From IMG/VR virus record IMGVR_UViG_3300032329_000171, positions 1-31,339 of that record: a stretch of DNA of 31,339 nucleotides; one strand, 5' to 3'. A program made the translations under genes and the position numbers. This document shows, in pieces, positions 1 to 7,680 of this stretch. Position 1 is the first letter of the stretch. The number at the start of each line of letters is the position of its first letter. Under the pieces are notes generated by a model. It searched no databases. It was not told the origin of the DNA and worked only from the letters and a program-made list of their open reading frames with translations. Origin of the DNA: a virus. Its lineage: Duplodnaviria > Caudoviricetes.

Positions 1-135
1 CTGATCGCGCAGCATCTCCCACATGCCGGTCAGCGTGATGGCGGTCTTGCCCGCACCCACTGGCGCTAAGACCATCGCGCGGTCATGCTCGTAGATGAAG
101 TCAGCGGCCAACTCCTGATAGGGACGCAGTTTCAT
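1..135 (-). CDS. SF2/SNF2-like helicase, N-terminal fragment (runs off the window)
   Basis: Manual translation MKLRPYQELAADFIYEHDRAMVLAPVGAGKTAITL has the LRPYQ Q-motif and a Walker A GAGKT. The ATG overlaps the stop of the upstream gene (ATGA). Confidence 0.88.
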   Translation of the reverse strand, partial: MKLRPYQELAADFIYEHDRAMVLAPVGAGKTAITLTGMWEMLRDQ

Positions 136-341
136 TTGCGGCTTTCCAACTCGATCAGCAATTCGATGTAGTGCTTGGCTTTCTCAAGGTCAGCAATGCC
201 GTTTTTGTTGCGCCAGCGGCTGACGTACTTAACGACGTTGCCCTCCAAATAGCCCATCGCGTTGGCGTGGATGTACTCGACTGGCTGGATCGGCATGTCC
301 TTGTAGTGACTGCCGTCAACTTGTTTGTTTAATGAGTTCAC
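132..341 (-). CDS. DUF3310 / SaV-like protein
   Basis: Motifs QVDGSHY, GNVVKYVSRWRNKNG and DLEKAKHYI are typical of DUF3310. Confidence 0.85.
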   Translation of the reverse strand: MNSLNKQVDGSHYKDMPIQPVEYIHANAMGYLEGNVVKYVSRWRNKNGIADLEKAKHYIELLIELESRK

Positions 342-456
342 TTATGAATTTCTCCAGTTGTTCTTTGGTAAAAACGTAGTGTTCTGTAAAGCCTTTTGTC
401 AAACACCGCGACTCGATGCTGCCGCCAGCCTCAAGTACTTTTGTTGATAAATTCAT
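316..456 (-). CDS. Small hypothetical protein (46 aa, not in ORF track)
   Basis: MNLSTKVLEAGGSIESRCLTKGFTEHYVFTKEQLEKFISELIKQTS* fills the gap between VRR-NUC and DUF3310 with short overlaps at both ends. Confidence 0.55.
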   Translation of the reverse strand: MNLSTKVLEAGGSIESRCLTKGFTEHYVFTKEQLEKFISELIKQTS

Positions 457-706
457 CTATCTGCTCCTTAGTCCATAAACATGCGTATCGTTGATTTAAA
501 AGTGCCATATCAGCCGCAAACAACTTCTGCAAGGGCGACAGCCTGCCGCCTTTGGTTTTGAGTTCCACAAACCACGTCTGCCCATTGGGTAGGCAGGCGA
601 TCCGGTCGGCCACGCCTTTGCGTCCTGGCGACATGAACTTGTATGCACGCCCACCCGCACGCTCGACTGCCCAAACAAAGTGTCGTTCGACTTCTGATTC
701 TTTCAT
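431..706 (-). CDS. VRR-NUC domain nuclease (91 aa; true start 706, not 1204)
   Basis: MKESEVE...SPGRKGVADRI...FVELKTKGGRLSPLQ is a PD-(D/E)xK VRR-NUC signature. The ORF-track upstream extension is antisense to real genes. Confidence 0.88.
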   Translation of the reverse strand: MKESEVERHFVWAVERAGGRAYKFMSPGRKGVADRIACLPNGQTWFVELKTKGGRLSPLQKLFAADMALLNQRYACLWTKEQIDEFINKST

Positions 707-713
707 GCCGTGA

Positions 714-763
714 AGTATACCCGTAAAAAACTTTTGCACAACAATTATTTTTGCTGTTATACT
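714..763. promoter_or_regulatory. Divergent sigma70-like promoter pair
   Basis: Rightward: TTGCAC (734-739), 18 nt, TATACT (758-763) with extended TG. Leftward: TATACT (rc of 714-719) with TTGTGC (rc of 736-741). AT-rich gap between divergent operons. Confidence 0.65.
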
Positions 764-793
764 GGCCTTCCCATCAACTAAACTGGAGTACAC

Positions 794-946
794 ATGAAAA
801 TTGAACTTACCCGCGCTGAAGTCGAGCGCATCATCTTGGATTACGCTAACGCGCTGGTCCCGGGCTACGGCTTTGACGACGTTCGCGGCGGCTATAGCTT
901 TATCCCAACCACCGTTACCGTGGAGAAAAAAGATGCAGCACAGTAA
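794..946 (+). CDS. Small hypothetical protein (50 aa, not in ORF track)
   Basis: GGAG RBS at 785-788, then MKIELTRAEVERIILDYANALVPGYGFDDVRGGYSFIPTTVTVEKKDAAQ*, overlapping the next start. Confidence 0.7.
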   Translation: MKIELTRAEVERIILDYANALVPGYGFDDVRGGYSFIPTTVTVEKKDAAQ

Positions 947-2045
947 TATCGTCGGCGGCTCGACCGCCAAGCGCGTCATTAACTGCCCCGGCTCTGTGGT
1001 GCTGGTGCAAAAAATGCCGCCCAAGCCATCCAGCGAACACGCAGACCGTGGCACTTTGCTGCACAACGCCATCAGCGCCATCTTGGAAGACATGAACGTC
1101 GATGTGATCGGCATGAAGTACGAAGACCAAGTGCTGACGCAAGACCTGTACGATGAGAAGATCGTTTCAGCTTTAGCTCTACTAGATGAAGTAGACCCAG
1201 ACAAGGAGATGGTTTATGAAGTGGAGACGCGTGTTGGGTTTGGCGATCTTCTACCAGGTGTGTTTGGTAGTACTGACCTTGTTGGTCGCATTGGAGATAA
1301 AGCTATTGTTCTTGATTGGAAATTTGGTGACGGGGTTGTTGTAGACGCCATTGAGAACGAGCAGCTAATGTTCTACGCAGCCGCCGCCATGCGGACAGAA
1401 GCAGCAGCATGGGCGTTTGATGGTACAACCGAGATCGAGTGCATCATCATCCAGCCGCCCATGATCCGTCGCTGGACAACCACCAAGGAACGCATCGCTC
1501 AGTTTGAGCGTGATTTGGTTAAGGCCGTCAAAGCCGCACAGTTACCTGACGCCAAGCTGGCCGCAGGCGAACACTGCCGCTGGTGCGCCGCCAAGCCTGT
1601 ATGCCCCAAGATGACCGGCGCAGTAGATCGCGCCCTGCAAACGCAACTCAAAGAAATAGATGTTGACACGCTGGGCAGATACCTGAAGAATGCAGAGCTT
1701 CTTGAGGACTGGATCAAAGACCTGCGTGGGCTGGCGACTCAGCTTTTAGAGGCGGCGACGCCTGTGCCTGGCTACAAGTTGGTTGCCAAGCGCGGGACAA
1801 GACAGTGGGTCAATGAAGACGAAGCAGTCATGGTGCTGGGCGTCGCAGGCATTGACCCTTACAAAGAACGTGAAGTGATTTCGCCAGCCGTGGCTGAGAA
1901 ATTACTCAAAAAGAGCAAGACGGCATTGCCACCCGAACTCGTGGTGACAGTATCGTCGGGCACAACACTGGCAAGCATGGATGACCCGCGCCCAGCAGTG
2001 TTGCAGTTGAGTGGCCTGACGGCTGCTCTTTCTAAACTTCAGTGA
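933..2045 (+). CDS. DUF2800 / Cas4-like PD-(D/E)xK exonuclease
   Basis: N-terminal HS..GGSTAKRVINCPGS, GTLLH, FGSTD, DWKFG, QLMFYA and C-terminal CRWC...C cysteine cluster. Start moved to ATG 933 (GGAG upstream). Confidence 0.85.
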   Translation: MQHSNIVGGSTAKRVINCPGSVVLVQKMPPKPSSEHADRGTLLHNAISAILEDMNVDVIGMKYEDQVLTQDLYDEKIVSALALLDEVDPDKEMVYEVETRVGFGDLLPGVFGSTDLVGRIGDKAIVLDWKFGDGVVVDAIENEQLMFYAAAAMRTEAAAWAFDGTTEIECIIIQPPMIRRWTTTKERIAQFERDLVKAVKAAQLPDAKLAAGEHCRWCAAKPVCPKMTGAVDRALQTQLKEIDVDTLGRYLKNAELLEDWIKDLRGLATQLLEAATPVPGYKLVAKRGTRQWVNEDEAVMVLGVAGIDPYKEREVISPAVAEKLLKKSKTALPPELVVTVSSGTTLASMDDPRPAVLQLSGLTAALSKLQ

Positions 2046-2054
2046 AAGCTAAAA

Positions 2055-2687
2055 ATGCAATTGACTACATTCTCCTCGGCAAATCTGCCAGCCGTTTCCA
2101 CCTTGTCCACTGCCCTGCGCGCGCTTGAAAAAGACGTCGGCCCAGCCGGTACTGTCATCCTGAAAATGGACAAGACAGGCCATTGGGTCTTTGGTGCAGA
2201 CCAGACCGAAGTGGAAGACGACGCTCTGTGGGCGATCAATCCTTTCTCGTTTATCCACGGCTTCATTGCTTGGGGTGACGGTGAAGTGTTGGGCGAAAAG
2301 ATGGTTGGTGTGTCTGAACCTTTGCCAGAACTCGACGGCGCTCCCTCGGGTGCCAAGCGTGGCTGGGAAACTCAGATCGGTATGTCACTCAAGTGCACCA
2401 CTGGTGAAGACAAGGACATGGAAGCGCGCTTTACGACCACTTCGGTGGGCGGCAAACGCGCAGTCCAGACCCTTGGCGTTGCCATTGCTACGCAAGTTGA
2501 GAAAGACCAATCCAAGCCTGTGCCAGTCGTGCGTCTGAAGAAAGACCACTACCAGCACAAGTCGTTCGGCAAAATCTACACGCCAGTGTTTGAGATTGTT
2601 GAGTGGGTTGGCCTTGATGGCGCATCTGATGAGCCTGAAGCAGCGCCCGAAGCGCCTGCCACTGGCCGTCGTCGCCGTAGCGTTTAA
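2055..2687 (+). CDS. Putative single-stranded DNA-binding protein
   Basis: Sits between the Cas4-like nuclease and PolA, the SSB slot in this module type. Beta-rich with aromatic residues (YQHKSFGKIYTPVFEIVEW) and a low-complexity tail. Function is inferred from position. Confidence 0.6.
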   Translation: MQLTTFSSANLPAVSTLSTALRALEKDVGPAGTVILKMDKTGHWVFGADQTEVEDDALWAINPFSFIHGFIAWGDGEVLGEKMVGVSEPLPELDGAPSGAKRGWETQIGMSLKCTTGEDKDMEARFTTTSVGGKRAVQTLGVAIATQVEKDQSKPVPVVRLKKDHYQHKSFGKIYTPVFEIVEWVGLDGASDEPEAAPEAPATGRRRRSV

Positions 2688-2692
2688 TTAAC

Positions 2693-2840
2693 GGGGGTGA
2701 AAGAATCTCGGTCTGGGAGTAGTGGTACCCTCCATTTAAGCCCGGTTGGGTTGTGTGTAGCTTAGTCTGGTTGAGCACCTCATATCGAGGAAGGCGTTGG
2801 TTCAAATCCAGCCGCACTTAGAGATTCAAGTAACCCCCAC
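2693..2840 (+). ncRNA. Structured RNA element 1: long closing stem with a loop-E-like motif enclosing two hairpins and a tRNA-like domain
   Basis: GGGGGT/ACCCCC and GAATCTC/GAGATTC stems separated by a GAA/AGTA internal loop. Inner hairpins GGAG/CTCC and AGCCC/GGGTT. tRNA-like fold at 2753-2817. Confidence 0.65.
2753..2817 (+). other. tRNA-like domain with truncated anticodon arm (pseudo-tRNA)
   Basis: TAGCTTAGTCTGGTTGAGCA D-arm, GTTGG-TTCAAAT-CCAGC T-arm and GTGTG/CGCAC partial acceptor stem. The anticodon arm is only CCTC-ATATC-GAGG and there is no CCA. Confidence 0.7.
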
Positions 2841-2850
2841 CTTTTTAATC

Positions 2851-2942
2851 GGGGGCTGTTAAGCCAGCGTTCGAGGATGGTGACTTGCGGATTTTCTGGC
2901 TTTCTCCCGCAACTTGTCGAAACCCAAATCGAAGCCCCCACC
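2851..2942 (+). ncRNA. Structured RNA element 2 with predicted pseudoknot, directly upstream of DNA polymerase
   Basis: Nested pairings GGGGGCT/AGCCCCC, TTCGA/TCGAA, GAC/GTC and TTGCGG/CCGCAA. AAGCCAG (2861-2867) is complementary to loop CTGGCTT (2896-2902). Confidence 0.65.
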
Positions 2943-2958
2943 TACAGTAAAGTAAAGT

Positions 2959-4875
2959 ATGGTTTATATCGACTTTGAGACGCGCAGCCGATGCGATCTC
3001 AAGAGCAAAGGCGTTTACAACTACGCGCAAGACTTAAGCACTGAAGTTCTGTGCATGTCTTACGCCTTCGACGATGACGAGGTGCAGACATGGACGTCTG
3101 GCCCGTTGCCTGACTTCACAGGCCACATGATCTACGCCCACAACGCCGCCTTTGAGCGGCTGATCTTTTGGTACGTGCTGCAACAGAACTACCCCCTTGA
3201 GTCGTTCTACTGCACGGCCACCCAAGCCCGCGCTAATTGCGCGCCTGGTGGCCTTGAGGACGTGGGGCGCTTCGCTGGCGCGGTCATGAAGAAAGACCAT
3301 CGCGGCTCACAACTGATCCGGCTGCTCTCTATCCCAAAGGCCGACGGTACGTTCAACAACGACCCGACCCTGATGGCCGAGATGATTGCTTACTGCGAAC
3401 AGGACGTGCGTGCCATGCGTGCGGTCAGCAAGGCCATGCGGCCCCTATCCGCTGACGAACTGCTCGACTACCACGTCAACGAACGCATTAACGACCGTGG
3501 CCTGATGGTTGACGTGCCCCTGTGTCAAGCCGCCGTCAAGTACGCTGGCGCTGAGATGGACGAGATTCAAAAGATCGTCGCCGAAGTGACAGACGGTCAG
3601 ATCACGTCGGTGCGCTCACCCAAGATGCGCGAGTGGGTGCTGGAGCGTGTCGGGCCAGAGGCCAAGAAGCTGATGTGGACTGGCGAGAAATATTCCATTG
3701 ATAAAACTGTGCGGGCGAATCTGCTTGCGATGGAGAACCATGATGAAGTTCCGCCCGATGTGGCCGAAGTTATACAGTGCGCCGATGACCTCTGGGCGTC
3801 GTCGGTTGCGAAGTTCAGCCGCCTTGCGAGTTTGGCAGATGAGGAAGATGCCCGAGTTAGAGGTGCCTTTGTTTTTGCTGGAGGCAGTGCAACAGGGCGC
3901 GCTTCGTCGTACGGCGCTCAAGTCCATAATCTCCCGCGTAAAAGCGCTCAAGACCCCGAAGCCGTCCGCACAGCAATGGTTCGAGGCCATGAAATCGTGC
4001 CACGATTCGAAAAACGCATTACAGACGTTTTGAAGAAAATGCTACGCCCTGCCATCGTGGCAGCGCCTGGTAATGTCCTGATCGCCTACGACTGGTCGGC
4101 CATCGAGGGGCGCGTGCATCCGTGGCTGTCCAACTGCCCAGCAGGCGAGGCCAAGCTGGATGTGTTCCGCTCGGGCCTTGATCCGTACAAAGTCAACGCA
4201 ACCGCGACCTTTCGCGTGGCTTACGACGATGTGACGGGCGACCAGCGCCAAGTGGGCAAGGTGCAGGAACTCGCGCTTGGCTTTCTAGGCGGCGCAGGAG
4301 CGTTCGAAGTGTTCGGGCGTGCCTACGGTATCCACCTGTCCGCTGGCGAGGTTGCGCGGGCTGTGGAGGGCTGGCGCAGGGCTAATCCGTGGGCTATGCA
4401 GCACGGCCGCCGCTTAGAAGATGCGTACCTGCGCGCCATGAGAAACAAAGGGCATGAATTTGCTGCGGGTCGTGTTGTGTACTTGTTCGATGGTCAGACC
4501 CTCTGGTACAGTCTGCCTTCCGGCCGGGTGCTTTGCTACCCTAACGCCAAGTTTGACGAAGAAGGTAACGTGACGTACACCAAAGCAGCTTGGAAGCCTG
4601 CCGCCGACGCGACAGAATGGCCCCGCGCCCGTCTGTGGCGTGGCTTGGCTTGCGAGAACGTCACCCAAGCCGCCGCGCACGACATCTTGCGTCATAGCCT
4701 ACGCGCCCTTGATGGCGTGATCGCTCACGTCCATGATGAGATCGTCGTCGAGTGCGCCGAATCAGACGCTGAAGCCATATCCGCACACATCCATCAAGTC
4801 ATGTGCACACCGCCCGCATGGGCCGAGGGTTTACCCTTGGCCGCTGAAGGTGTGACAACGAGGCGTTATAGCTAA
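2959..4875 (+). CDS. polA: Phage family A DNA polymerase with 3'-5' exonuclease domain
   Basis: ExoI YIDFETRS, ExoII AHNAAFE, TGRASS, motif A YDWSAIEGR, motif B RQVGKVQELALGF and motif C HVHDEIVVE. Confidence 0.95.
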   Translation: MVYIDFETRSRCDLKSKGVYNYAQDLSTEVLCMSYAFDDDEVQTWTSGPLPDFTGHMIYAHNAAFERLIFWYVLQQNYPLESFYCTATQARANCAPGGLEDVGRFAGAVMKKDHRGSQLIRLLSIPKADGTFNNDPTLMAEMIAYCEQDVRAMRAVSKAMRPLSADELLDYHVNERINDRGLMVDVPLCQAAVKYAGAEMDEIQKIVAEVTDGQITSVRSPKMREWVLERVGPEAKKLMWTGEKYSIDKTVRANLLAMENHDEVPPDVAEVIQCADDLWASSVAKFSRLASLADEEDARVRGAFVFAGGSATGRASSYGAQVHNLPRKSAQDPEAVRTAMVRGHEIVPRFEKRITDVLKKMLRPAIVAAPGNVLIAYDWSAIEGRVHPWLSNCPAGEAKLDVFRSGLDPYKVNATATFRVAYDDVTGDQRQVGKVQELALGFLGGAGAFEVFGRAYGIHLSAGEVARAVEGWRRANPWAMQHGRRLEDAYLRAMRNKGHEFAAGRVVYLFDGQTLWYSLPSGRVLCYPNAKFDEEGNVTYTKAAWKPAADATEWPRARLWRGLACENVTQAAAHDILRHSLRALDGVIAHVHDEIVVECAESDAEAISAHIHQVMCTPPAWAEGLPLAAEGVTTRRYS

Positions 4876-4905
4876 AAAGAAAGCCCCTGCGGTTAGGCAG
4901 GGGCT
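4875..4905. terminator. GC-rich hairpin between polymerase and primase genes
   Basis: AGCCCCTGC/GCAGGGGCT 9-bp stem preceded by an A-run, so the U-tract lies on the minus strand only. Confidence 0.55.
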
Positions 4906-4928
4906 AAATTCCAACTAAGGAGAGAACC

Positions 4929-7223
4929 ATGTCCGATTTTACAGAGTTTTTAAGCGCATTAGCGCCTGAGGGCGAAACATTCCTCGTTGTGCGTCAAAAG
5001 CCACAACTGAAGGACGGCCAGTATCAATATCACGCCGACGGCGCGATCAAGTGCACATGGCCCGCCATGCTGCCCACCGCCAAGATCAAACCCGATTGGG
5101 CGATCTACGGCAACACCGCCAGCTTTATCGTTGATCGCTTCAAAGACGGTCACGTGAGCGCCCAAGCGGCGAATTGTGAATACGTCCTTGTGATGGTGCT
5201 GGACGACGTGGGCACCAAGGCCACCGTGCCGCCGCTTGAGCCGACTTGGAAGATGGAAACGTCCGACGGTTCGTTCCAGTGGGGCTACGTTTTCAGCGAG
5301 CAGCCGACCAAGGCCGAGTTCAGCGCCGCCATCATCGCTATTGCCGAGGCAGGCTACACCGACAAGGGCGCGATCAACGCCGTGCGTAATTTCCGTCTGC
5401 CTGGAAGTGTAAACATCAAACCTGGTCGGGACTCGTTTCGATCAATCTTGCGTGAGTTTCACCCCGAGCGTGACTTCACACTGGAAGAAATCTGCAAAGC
5501 CCTGAACGTGACCCCCAGCGCCGTGGCGGGCGACGCGTACAAACCGATTCGTATCTCAGACGATGGCACAGACGATGTGATGATCTGGCTGTCAGAAAAC
5601 GGTCTGCTACTGTCGCAACCCAATCAGGAGGGTTGGGCTGGCGTGATGTGCCCCAACAGTGCCGAGCATACCGACGGCAACCCAGAGGGCCGCTATATGC
5701 CCGCTAATCGGGCGTATACGTGCCTGCACAGTCATTGCATTGACTTCGGCAGTCGTGATTTCCTTCAGTGGGTTGCCGACAACGGTGGCCCCAAGCATAC
5801 GCCTGGACTGCGTGAGGAACTGCTCACGGCGGCAATGGAGTCTGCGCTCTCCAAACTTACGCCCACGCCTGAGTTTCCCGACGTGGTGGCCGACGTGGTG
5901 GCCGAGGTCGAGCGCAAGGAACTCGGACGGCTTGAGAAGGATGGCTGGTATGAGCGTTTCGCATATCTGCAAGACGATGACGCTTTTTTCGATCTGGTCG
6001 AGCGCCACGAAGTGTCGCGGCAGTCGTTCAACGCGATCTTTCGTCATGTCGCCTGCAACAGTATCCACGGCAAGCGCCCCAAGATCGAGGCGGGCACTTG
6101 CTTTGACGAGAACCGCCAAGCCAAGGGCGCGCGCATCTTGAAGGGTGTAACCTACGCTGCGGGCGAGTCAATCCTCTGCTCACGCGATGGCATCGTCTAC
6201 GGCAATCGCTGGCGCAATGCCCGCCCCGTTCCTGTGGCTGGCAACGTGAAGCCGTGGCTCGACCATGTGGAGCGCATGATTCCTGACCCCAAAGAGCGCG
6301 CGCATGTGTTGAACGTGATGGCGTTCAAAGTGCAACACCCCGAGAAGAAAATCAATCACGCCGTACTGCATGGGGGCAACCCTGGCAGCGGCAAAGACAC
6401 CATGTGGGCACCGTTTTTCTACGCCGTCGGGGGCAACGCCTTGCGTAACGTGTCGCTAGTACGTAATGAGGAGGTGACCTCCCAATGGGGCTACGCATTA
6501 GAGACCGAAGTGCTGGTCATCAATGAGCTGCGCCAGTCTGAGGCCAAGGACAGAAGGGCGTTAGAAAACACCCTCAAGCCCCTGATTGCCGCCCCGCCTG
6601 AATTCCTGATGGTGCAGCGCAAGGGCTTGGCCCCTTACGATCTGGTCAACCGCCTGCAAGTGATCGCGTTTTCTAATGAGCGTGTCGCCATTAACCTGCC
6701 GTCTGACGACCGCCGATGGTTTGTTATCTGGTCAGATGCCAAGCGCATGACCGATGCAGAGGGTGAGGCCATCTGGGCTTGGCTGGAGTCGGGCGGCAAG
6801 TCTGCCGTAGCGGCTTGGCTGCACGCCCGTGACGTGTCCGCGTTTGCGCCTGGGGCCACGCCTATGCTGACTGAGGCCAAGGCCATCATGGTAGAGGCGG
6901 GGATGTCTGGCGCTGAATCGTTCCTGGTTGACTTGATGCGGAACCGTCTGGGCGAGTTTTCCAAGGGTGTCGTTGGCGCGCCCTGGCACGCCCTCTGTGA
7001 TCGTTTGCAGGGCACGGCGCAGGGTAGCGTCAAGATTGTGCAGCCTGCCTTGCTACATGCCCTTAAAGAGGCCGGATGGGTGGATATGGGTCGCCTGAAG
7101 TCGCGCAGGTACGATAGTAAAAAACACATTTTCGCTGCGCCAGAATTGGCGAGTTATCCTAAGTCAGACCTTCGGGATATGGTGGAGGAGCCGCCCGCGT
7201 CTAGTGTGCGTCTGGTGAAATGA
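4929..7223 (+). CDS. Primase (RepB-like/AEP) fused to SF3 helicase (DUF5906-like)
   Basis: VLDDVGTK and METSDGSFQWGY primase motifs, CPNSAEH...CLHSHC zinc motif, Walker A GNPGSGKDT, Walker B VLVINE, and AFSN / DDRRW motifs. Confidence 0.9.
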   Translation: MSDFTEFLSALAPEGETFLVVRQKPQLKDGQYQYHADGAIKCTWPAMLPTAKIKPDWAIYGNTASFIVDRFKDGHVSAQAANCEYVLVMVLDDVGTKATVPPLEPTWKMETSDGSFQWGYVFSEQPTKAEFSAAIIAIAEAGYTDKGAINAVRNFRLPGSVNIKPGRDSFRSILREFHPERDFTLEEICKALNVTPSAVAGDAYKPIRISDDGTDDVMIWLSENGLLLSQPNQEGWAGVMCPNSAEHTDGNPEGRYMPANRAYTCLHSHCIDFGSRDFLQWVADNGGPKHTPGLREELLTAAMESALSKLTPTPEFPDVVADVVAEVERKELGRLEKDGWYERFAYLQDDDAFFDLVERHEVSRQSFNAIFRHVACNSIHGKRPKIEAGTCFDENRQAKGARILKGVTYAAGESILCSRDGIVYGNRWRNARPVPVAGNVKPWLDHVERMIPDPKERAHVLNVMAFKVQHPEKKINHAVLHGGNPGSGKDTMWAPFFYAVGGNALRNVSLVRNEEVTSQWGYALETEVLVINELRQSEAKDRRALENTLKPLIAAPPEFLMVQRKGLAPYDLVNRLQVIAFSNERVAINLPSDDRRWFVIWSDAKRMTDAEGEAIWAWLESGGKSAVAAWLHARDVSAFAPGATPMLTEAKAIMVEAGMSGAESFLVDLMRNRLGEFSKGVVGAPWHALCDRLQGTAQGSVKIVQPALLHALKEAGWVDMGRLKSRRYDSKKHIFAAPELASYPKSDLRDMVEEPPASSVRLVK

Positions 7224-7250
7224 AGAATGGCCCGTTAAGGGCCATTTTTT
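7223..7250. terminator. Bidirectional intrinsic terminator between convergent operons
   Basis: AATGGCCC-GTTAA-GGGCCATT stem followed by a T-run and preceded by AAGAA. Confidence 0.8.
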
Positions 7251-7308
7251 ATAGGTCTAAGAGAATGGCGAGCAACGCCGCCAGTAGCAGGCTAAGGACT
7301 GCGAGCAT
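7249..7308 (-). CDS. 19-aa hydrophobic peptide (not in ORF track)
   Basis: MLAVLSLLLAALLAILLDL*, with AAGGGG upstream. Fills the space between the preceding gene and the terminator. Confidence 0.5.
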   Translation of the reverse strand: MLAVLSLLLAALLAILLDL

Positions 7309-7474
7309 CTGCGCGCCCCTTTTCGATCAACGTGCGCGCATATGTTTGGTCTTCAGGCCGTTCACTGGACAGCATGGCGCGCAAGCGTTGCGCTATGGCG
7401 CGGGCTTTGTCTGGCGTGACGGCGCGCTCAAACGCCGCGCCGGTGTTGATGTAGTCGGCTTCGGTGTGGTTCAT
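7292..7474 (-). CDS. Hypothetical protein (60 aa)
   Basis: ATGA-coupled to the upstream gene in the leftward operon. Confidence 0.7.
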   Translation of the reverse strand: MNHTEADYINTGAAFERAVTPDKARAIAQRLRAMLSSERPEDQTYARTLIEKGRADARSP

Positions 7475-7680
7475 GGCAGTACCCTTGCCGCCAGCCTTAT
7501 TGCCTCGCCTAACGTCATCGAACCGCGCAGCAAACCCGCATAAATCGCTTGCAAGGCTTCAAGGTACAAGTCGCGGTCGGTTTCTGCGTCCGCAAGCCGC
7601 GCCAATAACGCGGCGGCTTCGGTGAAGCCTTCGGTGTACGCGATGCGCTCGCGCTCGGTGGGTGTGATGTTGGTTAGCAT
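7471..7680 (-). CDS. Hypothetical protein (69 aa)
   Basis: GAGGAG RBS upstream; overlaps neighbouring genes of the operon. Confidence 0.72.
   Translation of the reverse strand: MLTNITPTERERIAYTEGFTEAAALLARLADAETDRDLYLEALQAIYAGLLRGSMTLGEAIRLAARVLP

Noticed and set aside
707-1204. N-terminal extension of the 257-aa VRR-NUC ORF and the 801 start of the DUF2800 ORF
   Set aside because: The extensions cross the promoter region and overlap better-supported genes; family motifs begin at 706 and 933.
2753-2817. Functional tRNA gene
   Set aside because: No 7-nt anticodon loop, incomplete acceptor stem and no CCA; reported as tRNA-like instead.
2693-2840. YrlA-type Y RNA
   Set aside because: The tRNA-like domain is in normal D-anticodon-T order rather than the permuted YrlA arrangement, and no Ro/Rsr gene is in the window.
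2851-2942. Hammerhead/twister ribozyme or tmRNA assignment
   Set aside because: GAAAC is present but the CUGANGA core is not, twister consensus is not matched, and although it starts GGGGGCTG it is far too short for tmRNA and lacks a T-arm and G3:U70.
7220-7543. 107-aa plus-strand ORF after the primase
   Set aside because: Runs through the terminator and is antisense to the coupled leftward genes.
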